Virus record (IMG/VR): IMGVR_UViG_3300032294_002470
Coordinates: 1-52,793 of that record
DNA: 52,793 nt
Reading direction: 5' to 3' (one strand)
DNA from: a virus
Lineage: Duplodnaviria > Caudoviricetes
Each line of letters opens with the position of its first letter. The first letter of the stretch is position 1. Made by a program: the position numbers and the translations under genes. The notes below the pieces were generated by a model, which worked only from the letters and a program-made list of their open reading frames with translations, was not told the DNA's origin and did no database searches. This document shows, piece by piece, positions 7,941 through 17,304 of this stretch.

Positions 7941-8195
7941 CTATGCTGGATTTGTTATTTGTCGAGTTAGAATTTTGCTATCATCGTCTCCTCGAGATTT
8001 GATTCCCAATGAAATTGATTCACCGAAACATTTTGCTACGATAACATCATCGTCGAAGGAATCTTTAACCATCGCAAAGTAAACGAATCCGGCACCTTCG
8101 CATTTTTGACCGGTACCTACCATGTCTTTGTGTTGAATTGCAGCAGAGAAAACTATTGCACTGCCTTCCACTATTACGTATTTTGCATTATACAT
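7941..8195 (-). CDS. Hypothetical phage protein
   Basis: GAGFV...CFGESISLGIKSR motif seen in small phage proteins. Confidence 0.75.
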   Translation of the reverse strand: MYNAKYVIVEGSAIVFSAAIQHKDMVGTGQKCEGAGFVYFAMVKDSFDDDVIVAKCFGESISLGIKSRGDDDSKILTRQITNPA

Positions 8196-8553
8196 TGTCA
8201 GTTAAATTTGATTGTCTTAAATGGCTTTCCATCATCCATTTGAATTCTTCAAGTGGACTAAGCCCAGCCGGCATTAATGTACCATTCTTCATGATGACCG
8301 GTAAAAAGCCTTTAGTATCTCCCTTTTCGATCTGCCACAGAAAATGACCGCCTTCCTTGGTTTTACCCATAATCAAATAGCCTGAATCATCAAAGGCTAC
8401 ATCCATTACCACAACCAGCTGACCGGCTAGGGCCTCCTTGTATTCCTTTTCAAGATCTTGAGTTTCTCCAGTTAAAAAATTGTACTGTGAACTTGGCCAG
8501 AGCTTCGTGTGAACGAACTCTCGATTGATCCATACGTGTTCTTTTGGGTCCAT
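8188..8553 (-). CDS. Hypothetical protein
   Basis: 121 aa ORF. Confidence 0.75.
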   Translation of the reverse strand: MDPKEHVWINREFVHTKLWPSSQYNFLTGETQDLEKEYKEALAGQLVVVMDVAFDDSGYLIMGKTKEGGHFLWQIEKGDTKGFLPVIMKNGTLMPAGLSPLEEFKWMMESHLRQSNLTDNV

Positions 8554-8563
8554 GATTATCTTA

Positions 8564-8983
8564 TTAATTAATGTACTGGATTTTGGTTTTCATGATTGTG
8601 TAGAGACGATTTAGTTCCGGAATCTGCGGACCACCCTGACGCTTCTTTCTTAGCTCTTGGAATTCGGTGTTGAATATTGATGTCAATTCGTCCTTGGTCT
8701 TTGCGGCCTCAATTAGTTCTTCTACCACTTTTGCATAATCCCAAAAGATTTGAGATTTTCTCATCATAGATACCATTAACATAATCATTAATCCAAAGAG
8801 AATTCCGGTAAGTGCTCCCATTTTAATACAATTAATTCCCGTAATTAGCATTTTTGAATTCGGAGGAGCTATTAATTGAAGTCCATAAAAAAGCGCAGCA
8901 ACGAATGCTCCTGTAAAAAACCACCCGAAGATGTAGATTTGCCATAAAGGCGACTTATCGAAAAATTGATTTATCTTATTCAT
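8564..8983 (-). CDS. Membrane protein
   Basis: Two hydrophobic segments. Confidence 0.75.
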   Translation of the reverse strand: MNKINQFFDKSPLWQIYIFGWFFTGAFVAALFYGLQLIAPPNSKMLITGINCIKMGALTGILFGLMIMLMVSMMRKSQIFWDYAKVVEELIEAAKTKDELTSIFNTEFQELRKKRQGGPQIPELNRLYTIMKTKIQYIN

Positions 8984-9016
8984 GATTATTAATATACTAT
9001 AAAAACAAAAAACTGA

Positions 9017-9535
9017 CTACTCAGTGTAGTCAGTTTTCATGATCTCGATTGCATAAGAATTTACGATTGGTCTTCCTGTATTGTAACAACCAAGCGCAAC
9101 GTCCCAGCCACCGTACTTCTTTTTTAAGTGAGCCAGCAACTTCATTGAGGTCTCAACGTTAAGCTCTAGATCTGTCAGTAATTTCTTTGATGTAATCTTT
9201 TTCTTGCCTGCCCAAATGAAATTTGCAGTTGGCACCTGAATCTGCATGGCACCATAGGCGTTGGCTGATGAAGTCAATTGTGGATTGTACCTCCAATGAA
9301 ACGGTCCACCGTAACGAGTCTCCTTGTGAGCGACTCCCATTGCGATTCTAAACGGTACTCCATATTGGTCAGAGTACTTCTTTAAGTAATCGTACATTTG
9401 GATACACGGTGGAGCGTGTTGAATGTCCATCGCTCCGTCCGGTAGTCCATCTGATTCTTGACGCATTTCATAGGCCCACACTGCTCCAAATAGCATGACA
9501 CAGAAGAGGATTACTATGGTTCTTAATGAAAACAT
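9017..9535 (-). CDS. Lytic transglycosylase (SLT domain) with N-terminal anchor
   Basis: KET, GAMQI, CYNTG motifs. Confidence 0.85.
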   Translation of the reverse strand: MFSLRTIVILFCVMLFGAVWAYEMRQESDGLPDGAMDIQHAPPCIQMYDYLKKYSDQYGVPFRIAMGVAHKETRYGGPFHWRYNPQLTSSANAYGAMQIQVPTANFIWAGKKKITSKKLLTDLELNVETSMKLLAHLKKKYGGWDVALGCYNTGRPIVNSYAIEIMKTDYTE

Positions 9536-9541
9536 CTGAAA

Positions 9542-9874
9542 TTACTTTTGTGCAGGAACTGCTTGTTTGTAAATACGATTCGCGTATAGATTGAAGATGA
9601 CCATACCAACTGAATCTTGATAGATTGAGTAGATGCCAGTCTTACGATCAATCACCAGTAACTCATTACGTTCGTTGATCGCAACTGATGTTGTCGTTAA
9701 CGGCTTAATATTATCCCATTGGGACTTATCAACCTTGTTGGTCATGACCCAGTAATAATAGCCAATGAAGAAGCCTGCAACGAGTGCAATCACCAACATT
9801 AATAAGTTACCGAGTTTTTTTGCAAATGCGCTTAACTTGTCAAGCGCTGCAGTTAAAATTTGTTTTTTATCCAT
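9542..9874 (-). CDS. Membrane protein
   Basis: One TM helix. Confidence 0.7.
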   Translation of the reverse strand: MDKKQILTAALDKLSAFAKKLGNLLMLVIALVAGFFIGYYYWVMTNKVDKSQWDNIKPLTTTSVAINERNELLVIDRKTGIYSIYQDSVGMVIFNLYANRIYKQAVPAQK

Positions 9875-9921
9875 AACGTAAGTTTTTGGGTTCTAGATTA
9901 ATATACCCAAAACATACTGGA

Positions 9922-10758
9922 TTAGTGGCCGTTCGTTGTGGTGTTGTAGAATACTAGGCCTGTGACCGTGGTTGTCTTGGCAATGGTGGGAGTAGAATAA
10001 TTAAAGGTCATGATGTCTCCTCCACCGGCTTCTCCAAATTGAATTCTTATAGGATAATAAACTCCTGCAGTTAGAGCTATAGATCCTGAAGCTTCTTGAG
10101 GTGAGTGAGCTCCTCCATTATTCACTACTGCATTTGTTGTTGTAAATCCAGATACAGCAGTTGATCCAACCCAAACATAAGAAGCATCATCAGAGTTAGT
10201 AAAGAATGTATAAGTTTCGGTAGTCGTCGGTTTGAAATAACCTAACCATTGACAGCTAAAGTTAGATCCGTCGTCTGATCCTGGCTCCGTGATTGATGTC
10301 GTTTGTACTGAAGTTGCCGGATTTGTGCCGAATGCTTGTGGAGTCGCGGTCGCAAAGAAACTAACCACATCTGCAAAGTATCCAGAGTAAGTGGTCTTAT
10401 ATAGTCCAGCCGCATAGGGTAGAAATGTTGTGTAATAGCCATTCGCGGTTAACCAAGTATAGGCAGCTGAGGCTGAGGCAAATGTGTTTGTGCCGAATCT
10501 CCTAGCTAGATTATTAGCTAGGCTTAGAAAAGCTAGATCAGTCTTAGCTGTTGATCTCCAGAAAGAAGGATTTGTGCCATCTTGCTTCACGATTAAGTAA
10601 CCAACATCCTCATCCGGACCCATCCACCAAGTAACTGAGCCTGGTCGATTTGACCAGATTGTGGTTGGTGTCCCAGTCCCAACCGCAAAGTTACCAGTTT
10701 GAGTAGTACCTGTGATTGCTGAACCTAGGTTAATTGCATACGGTTTATGAGTTGGCAT
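9922..10758 (-). CDS. PA14/GLEYA carbohydrate-binding domain protein (possible virion decoration/adhesin)
   Basis: WLGYFKP..TYTFFTNSDDASYVWVG...YYPIRIQFGE; late-type promoter upstream. Confidence 0.8.
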   Translation of the reverse strand: MPTHKPYAINLGSAITGTTQTGNFAVGTGTPTTIWSNRPGSVTWWMGPDEDVGYLIVKQDGTNPSFWRSTAKTDLAFLSLANNLARRFGTNTFASASAAYTWLTANGYYTTFLPYAAGLYKTTYSGYFADVVSFFATATPQAFGTNPATSVQTTSITEPGSDDGSNFSCQWLGYFKPTTTETYTFFTNSDDASYVWVGSTAVSGFTTTNAVVNNGGAHSPQEASGSIALTAGVYYPIRIQFGEAGGGDIMTFNYSTPTIAKTTTVTGLVFYNTTTNGH

Positions 10759-10803
10759 GTGTCTGGGTGCTTTCGATTATTTATTAGAAGAGCACCGGAC
10801 CTG

Positions 10804-11793
10804 CTAGCACGAGTATACGTCTAACCAGTGCTGAATCATTTCATCTAACATCGTTTCAAACGTGTAATCATGAGACCAACTGGTTGCTCTAACTAATTTA
10901 CTAGGATCTCCCTTCAGATCATGTAGCTCTTCAGGTCTAAGAAACTTCTCATCAGTTTTAACCCAGTCTTTCCAATTCAAGGCTAGTTTAGAAAAGACGT
11001 ATTCACATAGATCCCTAACTGAATGAGATACACCGGTTGCACAAACGTAATCACCGGGTTCTTTTAACTGTAGGATTTCCCACATCGCTCTAACGTAATC
11101 CTTGGCATGGCCCCAATCTCGTGTTGCGGATAAATTGCCAAGCCTAAGTTCGGTCGAGAGCCCCAATTTAATCTTAACTGCCTCCTTACATACTTTATTA
11201 GTAACGAAGTTCGTACCGCGTCTTGGAGACTCGTGATTGAATAGGATTCCGTTTGACACGTACATTCCATAAGAGTTTCGGTAATTTCTTGCAATGTTAT
11301 ACGAGAAAACTTTTGCACAACCATACGGAGAGACAGGAGTCATTTGAGTAGTTTCCCTCTGGTACCCGTCCCGGTCAATCGAGTTTCCGAACATCTCAGA
11401 CGAAGAGGCTTGATAGACTCTAGCCTCAGGCTTAATTAGTCTTACGACCTCCAATAGATTTAATGTGCTTAAGCCTGTTGCATGCGCAGTATAGACGGGT
11501 TGATCAAACGAAATTCGAACATGCGACTGTGCAGCTAAGTTATAGATCTCGTCTGGCATGATTTCTTGAACAACTCTGATTAACGAAGATAAGTCAGTAA
11601 CGTCAGCATAGTGTAGCTTGACCTTTGCGTAAACATCATCTGTCAATCGAGCGGTTTGATTCTCAGAGATTGAATTTCTTTTTAGGGTGCCGTGTACTTC
11701 GTAACCCTTGTCTAATAAAAACTCGGCTAAGTACGAGCCATCCTGCCCGTTTATTCCGGTGATTAGTGCTTTTTTATTTTCGTGCTGTTTCAT
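10804..11793 (-). CDS. gmd: GDP-mannose 4,6-dehydratase
   Basis: ALITGINGQDGSYLAE, YNLAAQSHV, SPYGCAK, RDWGHAKDYV. Confidence 0.97.
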   Translation of the reverse strand: MKQHENKKALITGINGQDGSYLAEFLLDKGYEVHGTLKRNSISENQTARLTDDVYAKVKLHYADVTDLSSLIRVVQEIMPDEIYNLAAQSHVRISFDQPVYTAHATGLSTLNLLEVVRLIKPEARVYQASSSEMFGNSIDRDGYQRETTQMTPVSPYGCAKVFSYNIARNYRNSYGMYVSNGILFNHESPRRGTNFVTNKVCKEAVKIKLGLSTELRLGNLSATRDWGHAKDYVRAMWEILQLKEPGDYVCATGVSHSVRDLCEYVFSKLALNWKDWVKTDEKFLRPEELHDLKGDPSKLVRATSWSHDYTFETMLDEMIQHWLDVYSC

Positions 11794-12676
11794 AATTGTC
11801 TATAAACCATTTTACTGTCTCCTTGAGGCCTTCCTCAATCGGTGTGAATTTAAAATCAGGTAGGTAACTCTTCAACTTTGAATTGTCTGAAGGTTTTCGG
11901 TGTTGGCCGTTTGGTTTTGACTTATCAAATCTAACTGCGCCCTTAAAATTAAATGCCTCAACTAGTAGTTCAACTACTTCAGCAATTGAAATTTCTTCTG
12001 ATGTGCTAAATATTATTGGCTCAGCCTCATCGTAGTTATCTACTGCCCATTCAGCAAGTCGAGCAACGTCCTTTGAGTATATGAATTCCCTAAGCGGCGA
12101 TCCATCTCCCCAAATGACGAGCTCGCTCTTGTTTTGTTGAGCTTTGTGTATCTTATGCATCAACATCGGAATGACATGCCCATGGTCCAGCGAAAAATTA
12201 TCGTTTGGCCCGTAGATGTTACACGGAATTACTGATGTGTACTTCACGCCATACTGTTCGCGATAGGCTCTGATTTGAATGTCCGACATCCGCTTTGCAT
12301 AGGCATAAGGATAGTTCGATGAGTGAGGTTCACCTAAGTGAATCTTCTTTTCAGTTAACGGATATTCGATTGCGTCCGGAAAAACGCAAGTTGAGAGAAA
12401 TGCTACTAGATTAGTAACTCCGGCTTTACGTGCCTCCTCAATGACGTTTGTGTTAATCATCAAGTTATCGTAAAAGTATTCTCCCTTATAATTCATGTTG
12501 CCGCCTAGTCCTCCGACTTTGCCAGCGCAGTGAATGACATGAGTAGGTTTATGGAGCTCGAATGCATTTTGAGTTTGAGCAGTATTAGTCAAGTCGAATT
12601 CTCTACCGATCTTAACGTCAGCCTCTATTGCTGATCCGACTAGCCCATTGCCACCGGTCACAAGTAATTTACGCAT
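11774..12676 (-). CDS. fcl: GDP-L-fucose synthase
   Basis: GGNGLVG, KVGGLGGN, YAYAKR, NIYGPNDNF, LREFIYS. Confidence 0.93.
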   Translation of the reverse strand: MRKLLVTGGNGLVGSAIEADVKIGREFDLTNTAQTQNAFELHKPTHVIHCAGKVGGLGGNMNYKGEYFYDNLMINTNVIEEARKAGVTNLVAFLSTCVFPDAIEYPLTEKKIHLGEPHSSNYPYAYAKRMSDIQIRAYREQYGVKYTSVIPCNIYGPNDNFSLDHGHVIPMLMHKIHKAQQNKSELVIWGDGSPLREFIYSKDVARLAEWAVDNYDEAEPIIFSTSEEISIAEVVELLVEAFNFKGAVRFDKSKPNGQHRKPSDNSKLKSYLPDFKFTPIEEGLKETVKWFIDNYETARK

Positions 12677-12713
12677 GTTAGATTGAGTCTTTTTATATTA
12701 TACTCTCAATCAG

Positions 12714-13790
12714 TTAACGGTTCCAGAAAGGTTTTTGATAGTCAGGTCGAATCATTCGCCAAATGGTTTGACTGTAGTCTCTGTCATGTAACATTGAGAA
12801 TACTAGACCTTGGTATTCCTTTGGGCAATTTGCTTGAATCCACAGTGCGTCATCCTTCTTGGTATCGAGAGGTTGGCTCAACAATTCAGCAAAGATCTTT
12901 TTTGCATCAATTTCCTTCATGACGAATGCAAATTTAAGAGCCCTGATCCAGTCTCTAACCCATGCATCAAATTCATCGGGCACGCTTTCAAGATACTCGC
13001 CTAGATCATCACCGTTTCGCAAGCACTCCCAAATATCAATGTTTGAAAAATTGGTCAACAGTCGGTGTAGTCTAACGTACTCGTCGAACTTGATCTTAAC
13101 TCGGTAATTTGATGGATGGAATCGTAGGACGAAACCTTCCTTATCAGATTCATTAAGGTTCTTATATCGTTTAAAAATATTCTCAGTAATGGTATCCATC
13201 GCCGTCCAAACAATATCCTCTTCAAGGATCCCAGATGAGTGAAATAGCGCTTTAGCCGTTCCCCAATTTACTTCACGCCCTTCCATGACGGCTGACAGAA
13301 ACATAAGCTTTTCTTCCGCATAGTCAACGACTATTCTATTTTCAGGATAGATGATCTCACAAATGTAACAAACAGTTGAATGAAACTTTCCAAGATCGTA
13401 CTTCTTTTTTAGAATCGCTAGACCTGCTTTGGCTTGATCGGATTCAAAGGACCCTCTTGTGGCCATGTGCCAATCGTTATCGTAATGAAATAGGATTCCC
13501 AACGAGCCGTCCATTTTTTCTTGCACATAAACGTACTCATCATTGACCGGAATCTCTCCCTTATTCTCGACCTCCTCGTAGTTAAAGAACTTATTGAAGC
13601 CTCTAGCGACTATTCGGTTCTCATGATCAAGAATCAAACCTCGACACTGTAAGGTCACTTGATCCCAACGTTGTTCGAACTGGCACTCTCTTGAGTAATT
13701 ATAAATGGTGAGTGGAAGCTTAGGATGGTCCTTTGCTTCCACTAATCCGTTATCAACGTAAGGCTGTATGATTTCTCTAGATAAGATCAT
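12714..13790 (-). CDS. T4 Rnl1-like RNA ligase
   Basis: CRGLILD, ARGFNKFFN, EKMDGSLG, KEGFV, VKIKF; ATG at 13790 preferred. Confidence 0.9.
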   Translation of the reverse strand: MILSREIIQPYVDNGLVEAKDHPKLPLTIYNYSRECQFEQRWDQVTLQCRGLILDHENRIVARGFNKFFNYEEVENKGEIPVNDEYVYVQEKMDGSLGILFHYDNDWHMATRGSFESDQAKAGLAILKKKYDLGKFHSTVCYICEIIYPENRIVVDYAEEKLMFLSAVMEGREVNWGTAKALFHSSGILEEDIVWTAMDTITENIFKRYKNLNESDKEGFVLRFHPSNYRVKIKFDEYVRLHRLLTNFSNIDIWECLRNGDDLGEYLESVPDEFDAWVRDWIRALKFAFVMKEIDAKKIFAELLSQPLDTKKDDALWIQANCPKEYQGLVFSMLHDRDYSQTIWRMIRPDYQKPFWNR

Positions 13791-13971
13791 AGTCTTTAGT
13801 TTTTTCAATTTGATGCCACATGATTCCGTCGAAACCTTCAATCACGTAACGATTTACGATTTTATAAATGGTCATGATACCTTTAAGACTATCAAGACTT
13901 GGTGAGAACGTTATTCCATGGGAAAATCCCTTAACTTCTCGATATTGTGCCCGGTATTCTATAAAGATCAT
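13777..13971 (-). CDS. Hypothetical protein
   Basis: Operon-packed ORF. Confidence 0.6.
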   Translation of the reverse strand: MIFIEYRAQYREVKGFSHGITFSPSLDSLKGIMTIYKIVNRYVIEGFDGIMWHQIEKTKDYDLI

Positions 13972-14288
13972 GAGGTTAGTAATTGAATAAGTAGATAAGA
14001 CAATTTGTAACCGGTGAATGCTCCGAGAGCCGACGGAATTGGAAACACTATTAGTTTTCCTAATTGGGTTACGTATTTCGGCCTATTCACGATTGTGCCC
14101 ATGTAAAAGTAGTAGGCAATGTATCCGAATAAAACAGCAACATCAGTTCTTGTTGCAATGAATACTACAAGAGTTGCGCCAATAAAACCGAATGTGAAGT
14201 TATCTCTGATACCTTCCCAGACTTCAGCAGCGGTTGCCTCGTTCCAATCCTTTACTATTTTTTTGAATGTTGCTTTTTGTCTTCTCAT
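13968..14288 (-). CDS. Membrane protein
   Basis: Several hydrophobic segments. Confidence 0.75.
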   Translation of the reverse strand: MRRQKATFKKIVKDWNEATAAEVWEGIRDNFTFGFIGATLVVFIATRTDVAVLFGYIAYYFYMGTIVNRPKYVTQLGKLIVFPIPSALGAFTGYKLSYLLIQLLTS

Positions 14289-14701
14289 AATTTAACTTCA
14301 AAACGATCTCTCATCTCCTGTACCTTCTCATCGGGTACTTCGTGGACGTTCTTGCCACCGTGGCGATTCTCAACGATTAAGGAAACGACATGATACTCGA
14401 ATTGCTTTGCTAAATCTAAGTATGCCTGCATCTCCCATTCTCTGGTGAATGTGTTTGACACTACTATTTCCGGATAGTGTTGACCTGCGCTTAGATGGTT
14501 CTGTTCCATTGCCTCCTGTACGGATCGACGACACCATTCATGGGCATCTTTTAATCTAGAACCGTCGAATTGGTATTTACCTTCCTCATCATAGAAGAAT
14601 TTGTCGGCTTCAAACACGACTCCGCTTGACCACATGTGATTAGCAAATGTGCTCTTACCTGAACCGGGAACTCCACGTAGGAGAATTAATACTCTACTCA
14701 T
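14285..14701 (-). CDS. P-loop polynucleotide-kinase-like protein (AAA_33)
   Basis: LRGVPGSGKST, VSNTF, NVHEVP motifs. Confidence 0.85.
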   Translation of the reverse strand: MSRVLILLRGVPGSGKSTFANHMWSSGVVFEADKFFYDEEGKYQFDGSRLKDAHEWCRRSVQEAMEQNHLSAGQHYPEIVVSNTFTREWEMQAYLDLAKQFEYHVVSLIVENRHGGKNVHEVPDEKVQEMRDRFEVKL

Positions 14702-15369
14702 TACTTAGTCTTCTTTAATATTACTTGATCAATTATGCCATACTTAACTGCTTCGTCTGCTGTCAACCAGAAATCTCTAGTTGCGTCTTTCTTAACTTGG
14801 TCAGGTTTTTTACCGCAGTACTTGCCTAAGAGAATGAAGAGTTCATCATTGATTTTCTTCCACTCTTCCATGTCAACTTCAGCATCCTGGATGTTTCCGC
14901 TAAAACCTCCGCTTGATTGATGTAACATCGTACGTGAGTGCTTTAGTGAGAATCGCTTGCCTTTAGTTCCAGCGCCAAGAAGAACTGATCCCATTGATGC
15001 GGCCATTCCGGTATTAACTGTGATTATATCGGCATTGATGTAGTCCATCACATCGACCATTGAGAGGCCTGACTTGACTGATCCGCCTGGAGAGTCAATG
15101 TGCATTGTGATATCTGCTCCACCGACCGAGTCAAGAAACATTAGCTGAGCCTGAACGATTGTTGACATGTAATCATTCACCGGTCCAGCAACCCATAAGA
15201 TACGATCACGCATTAATCTGGAGAAAATGTCCATTTGAGTAACACGTAGCTCGCGTTCCTCTAGGATATACGGCGTCATTGACGCTTCAACTTGTTTTTG
15301 ATAATTATGCAAATTCAGCGATGACACACCGTGCTCGCTCATTGCGTACTTTTGAAATTCGCTCTTCAT
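14701..15369 (-). CDS. clpP: ATP-dependent Clp protease proteolytic subunit
   Basis: MDIFSRLMRDRI, DSPGGSV, GMAASMGS, MLHQ, RDFWL. Confidence 0.95.
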   Translation of the reverse strand: MKSEFQKYAMSEHGVSSLNLHNYQKQVEASMTPYILEERELRVTQMDIFSRLMRDRILWVAGPVNDYMSTIVQAQLMFLDSVGGADITMHIDSPGGSVKSGLSMVDVMDYINADIITVNTGMAASMGSVLLGAGTKGKRFSLKHSRTMLHQSSGGFSGNIQDAEVDMEEWKKINDELFILLGKYCGKKPDQVKKDATRDFWLTADEAVKYGIIDQVILKKTK

Positions 15370-15373
15370 ACTA

Positions 15374-15757
15374 TTAATTTTCAGAATTATTTGCGAAAAA
15401 ATTTAACAAACTTCTAATGTTACGTTGATCATTGCTCAACTTTTCAATCTCAATACGTTTTTCTGAGATTTCACGTTGCATGTAATCATAGTCTGTTTTT
15501 AGGTCCATCAACTCTTGAGTCTCATTGGCATCCTCAATGAAGGCTGCTTCACGAGCTTCAGCATTCGAATAGACTTTCTTTCCGTTGCCATCGATCGCAT
15601 TGTTAATATCAGCTTTAATTTTTGACTCAATCGTGGTAATTTTGTCCTGTACCTGTTTAGAGGCTTCGGTTCTTTCCAAGATTTCCAATTGGATCTCGCT
15701 GATTGCTTGAGGCAGTTCCATTAAACGGTCCGCCATTTCTGAGAATTTTTGATTCAT
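15374..15757 (-). CDS. Coiled-coil hypothetical protein
   Basis: 127 aa ORF. Confidence 0.75.
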   Translation of the reverse strand: MNQKFSEMADRLMELPQAISEIQLEILERTEASKQVQDKITTIESKIKADINNAIDGNGKKVYSNAEAREAAFIEDANETQELMDLKTDYDYMQREISEKRIEIEKLSNDQRNIRSLLNFFANNSEN

Positions 15758-15789
15758 GATTTCTATTTTTAGGTTAATATACCAAACGG

Positions 15790-15863
15790 TGGACCTTTCA
15801 GGATTTGAACCTGAGACCTTCGCATTATGAGTGCGCTGCTCTAACCAGCTGAGCTAAAAGTCC
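15790..15863 (-). tRNA. tRNA-Ile2/Met (CAT)
   Basis: Cloverleaf, loop CTCATAA; body resembles Ile2. Confidence 0.85.
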
Positions 15864-15865
15864 AA

Positions 15866-15950
15866 TGGTGCCGCCGGCAGGACTCGAACCTGCGAAGCCC
15901 GAAGGCAAGGGATTTACAGTCCCTCGTAATTGCCACTATACGACGTCGGC
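15866..15950 (-). tRNA. tRNA-Tyr (GTA)
   Basis: Long variable arm, loop CTGTAAA, CCA encoded. Confidence 0.92.
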
Positions 15951-15959
15951 ATGATTTTG

Positions 15960-16031
15960 CTGGGATAGGAGGGATCGAACCTCCGACCTTAGAGTTAACA
16001 GCTCTCTGCTCTACCGCTGAGCTATATCCCA
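15960..16031 (-). tRNA. tRNA-Asn (GTT)
   Basis: Loop CTGTTAA. Confidence 0.92.
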
Positions 16032-16036
16032 ATTTG

Positions 16037-16113
16037 TGGTTGGCAATGCAGGACTCGAACCTGCGGCCTCCTCCGTATCAGAGAGGTGCTCTAACCAACT
16101 GAGCTAATTGCCA
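16037..16113 (-). tRNA. tRNA-Ile (GAT)
   Basis: Loop CTGATAC, CCA encoded. Confidence 0.92.
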
Positions 16114-16121
16114 ATTTATTG

Positions 16122-16196
16122 TCGGGATAGGAGGATTCGAACCTCCAGCCTCCTGCTCCCAAAGCAGGCGCGATAACCTGGTTACGCTATATCCCG
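16122..16196 (-). tRNA. tRNA-Pro (TGG)
   Basis: Loop TTTGGGA. Confidence 0.92.
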
Positions 16197-16199
16197 AAA

Positions 16200-16462
16200 T
16201 TTGCTCCATGCTGAGACGTGTACGAAGGCTAGATTTTAACGGGTTACTCTGACTGTTTCGAGAACCATCACCGTGCAGCTTTTGCCGCTTCAGCTTTTTC
16301 ATTAGTGTCTTACCACATAAAAACCTGTCAATCCTTACGTCGGCGATGCAGGATCTTGCTATCGTTAGTCCGAATCGATACCTCATTAGGTCGAGGATTT
16401 TTTTACCACCATCGCTTTATTTAAAGAATGCGACCAATCTTACTGAGCATCTCTTACTCATT
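16200..16462 (-). ncRNA. Candidate structured ncRNA (~260 nt)
   Basis: Non-coding spacer between tRNAs; ends ATGCTCAG...CTCAGCAT near-complementary. Confidence 0.4.
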
Positions 16463-16463
16463 G

Positions 16464-16536
16464 TACAACCTGCAAGATTCGAACTTGCGACCTTTTCCAT
16501 GTCAAGGAAACGCTCTTCCAGCTGAGCTAAGGCTGC
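16464..16536 (-). tRNA. tRNA-Val (GAC)
   Basis: Loop TTGACAT. Confidence 0.92.
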
Positions 16537-16537
16537 A

Positions 16538-16592
16538 TGGAGTCGGAAAGACATGCTGGCTCATATTGAGTTTGGACGCAAGCCCTTCCGAC
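16538..16592 (-). ncRNA. CCA-ended minihelix RNA candidate
   Basis: GTCGGAAGGGC/GTCTTTCCGAC 11-bp stem followed by TCCA. Confidence 0.45.
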
Positions 16593-16598
16593 ATTTAG

Positions 16599-16670
16599 TA
16601 GTCCCTGAGAATTTCGAAATCCCGACCCTCGCCATGTAAAGACGATGCTCTGCCTCTGAGCTAAAGGACT
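16599..16670 (-). tRNA. tRNA-Val (TAC)
   Basis: Loop TTTACAT. Confidence 0.88.
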
Positions 16671-16752
16671 AGTTGACACGCTTTCGCCCCCTGTATGACG
16701 TGTCTTAGATGCCCGTGGTCCGCCACAGCGAATAAGGGAGCCACCCACATTC

Positions 16753-17211
16753 TTATTTGCAAATCTTGTCCGCGATGTATGTTGCTGAGATTGCATACGG
16801 TTTGCAGCGTGGAGTGTAACCTGAACCTTCAACGTAACCTAATGCTGCTCTTAGTAAAGAGTTAGAGCCGTATCGAGGATCAGGGTTTAGGTCAACATCA
16901 ATGAAGGTTGGTTTACAGACGCCATTCGCTTCCAAGTACTGAGCGAGCTCAACAGAGTCCTCAACCTCTTGCCATAGTCTCGTGAATCGGTTAACGACCT
17001 TTGGAAGGGTCTTTTTTGAATAGATCACGTGCCCACCGCTATTTCCGTAATGTAGAACAATGACTAACGCGTAAACTGTTTTCTCACCAATCGTTTGACT
17101 ATCCGATCCGATATACATTCTGATATTATCAGCTTCCGCTAGTTTTGTTTCCAAATAGGGAATGAGATCGATGTAGGCTCCGTTTGTTAGTGATTGAAAT
17201 TTACGGTCCAT
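16753..17211 (-). CDS. RNase H-like YkuK (DUF458) family protein
   Basis: YIGSDSQ, RLWQEV..SV, DVDLN, KPYAISATYIAD; ATG at 17211 (longer ORF overlaps tRNA-Gly). Confidence 0.85.
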   Translation of the reverse strand: MDRKFQSLTNGAYIDLIPYLETKLAEADNIRMYIGSDSQTIGEKTVYALVIVLHYGNSGGHVIYSKKTLPKVVNRFTRLWQEVEDSVELAQYLEANGVCKPTFIDVDLNPDPRYGSNSLLRAALGYVEGSGYTPRCKPYAISATYIADKICK

Positions 17212-17229
17212 TGTTTTAGGTGTTATTTT

Positions 17230-17304
17230 TGGAGCAGGTGGGGAGAATCGAACTCCCATCTCCAGATTGGAAGTCTGGAGTAATAGCCGTTATACGACAC
17301 CTGC
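17230..17304 (-). tRNA. tRNA-Gly (TCC)
   Basis: Loop CTTCCAA, CCA encoded. Confidence 0.92.
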
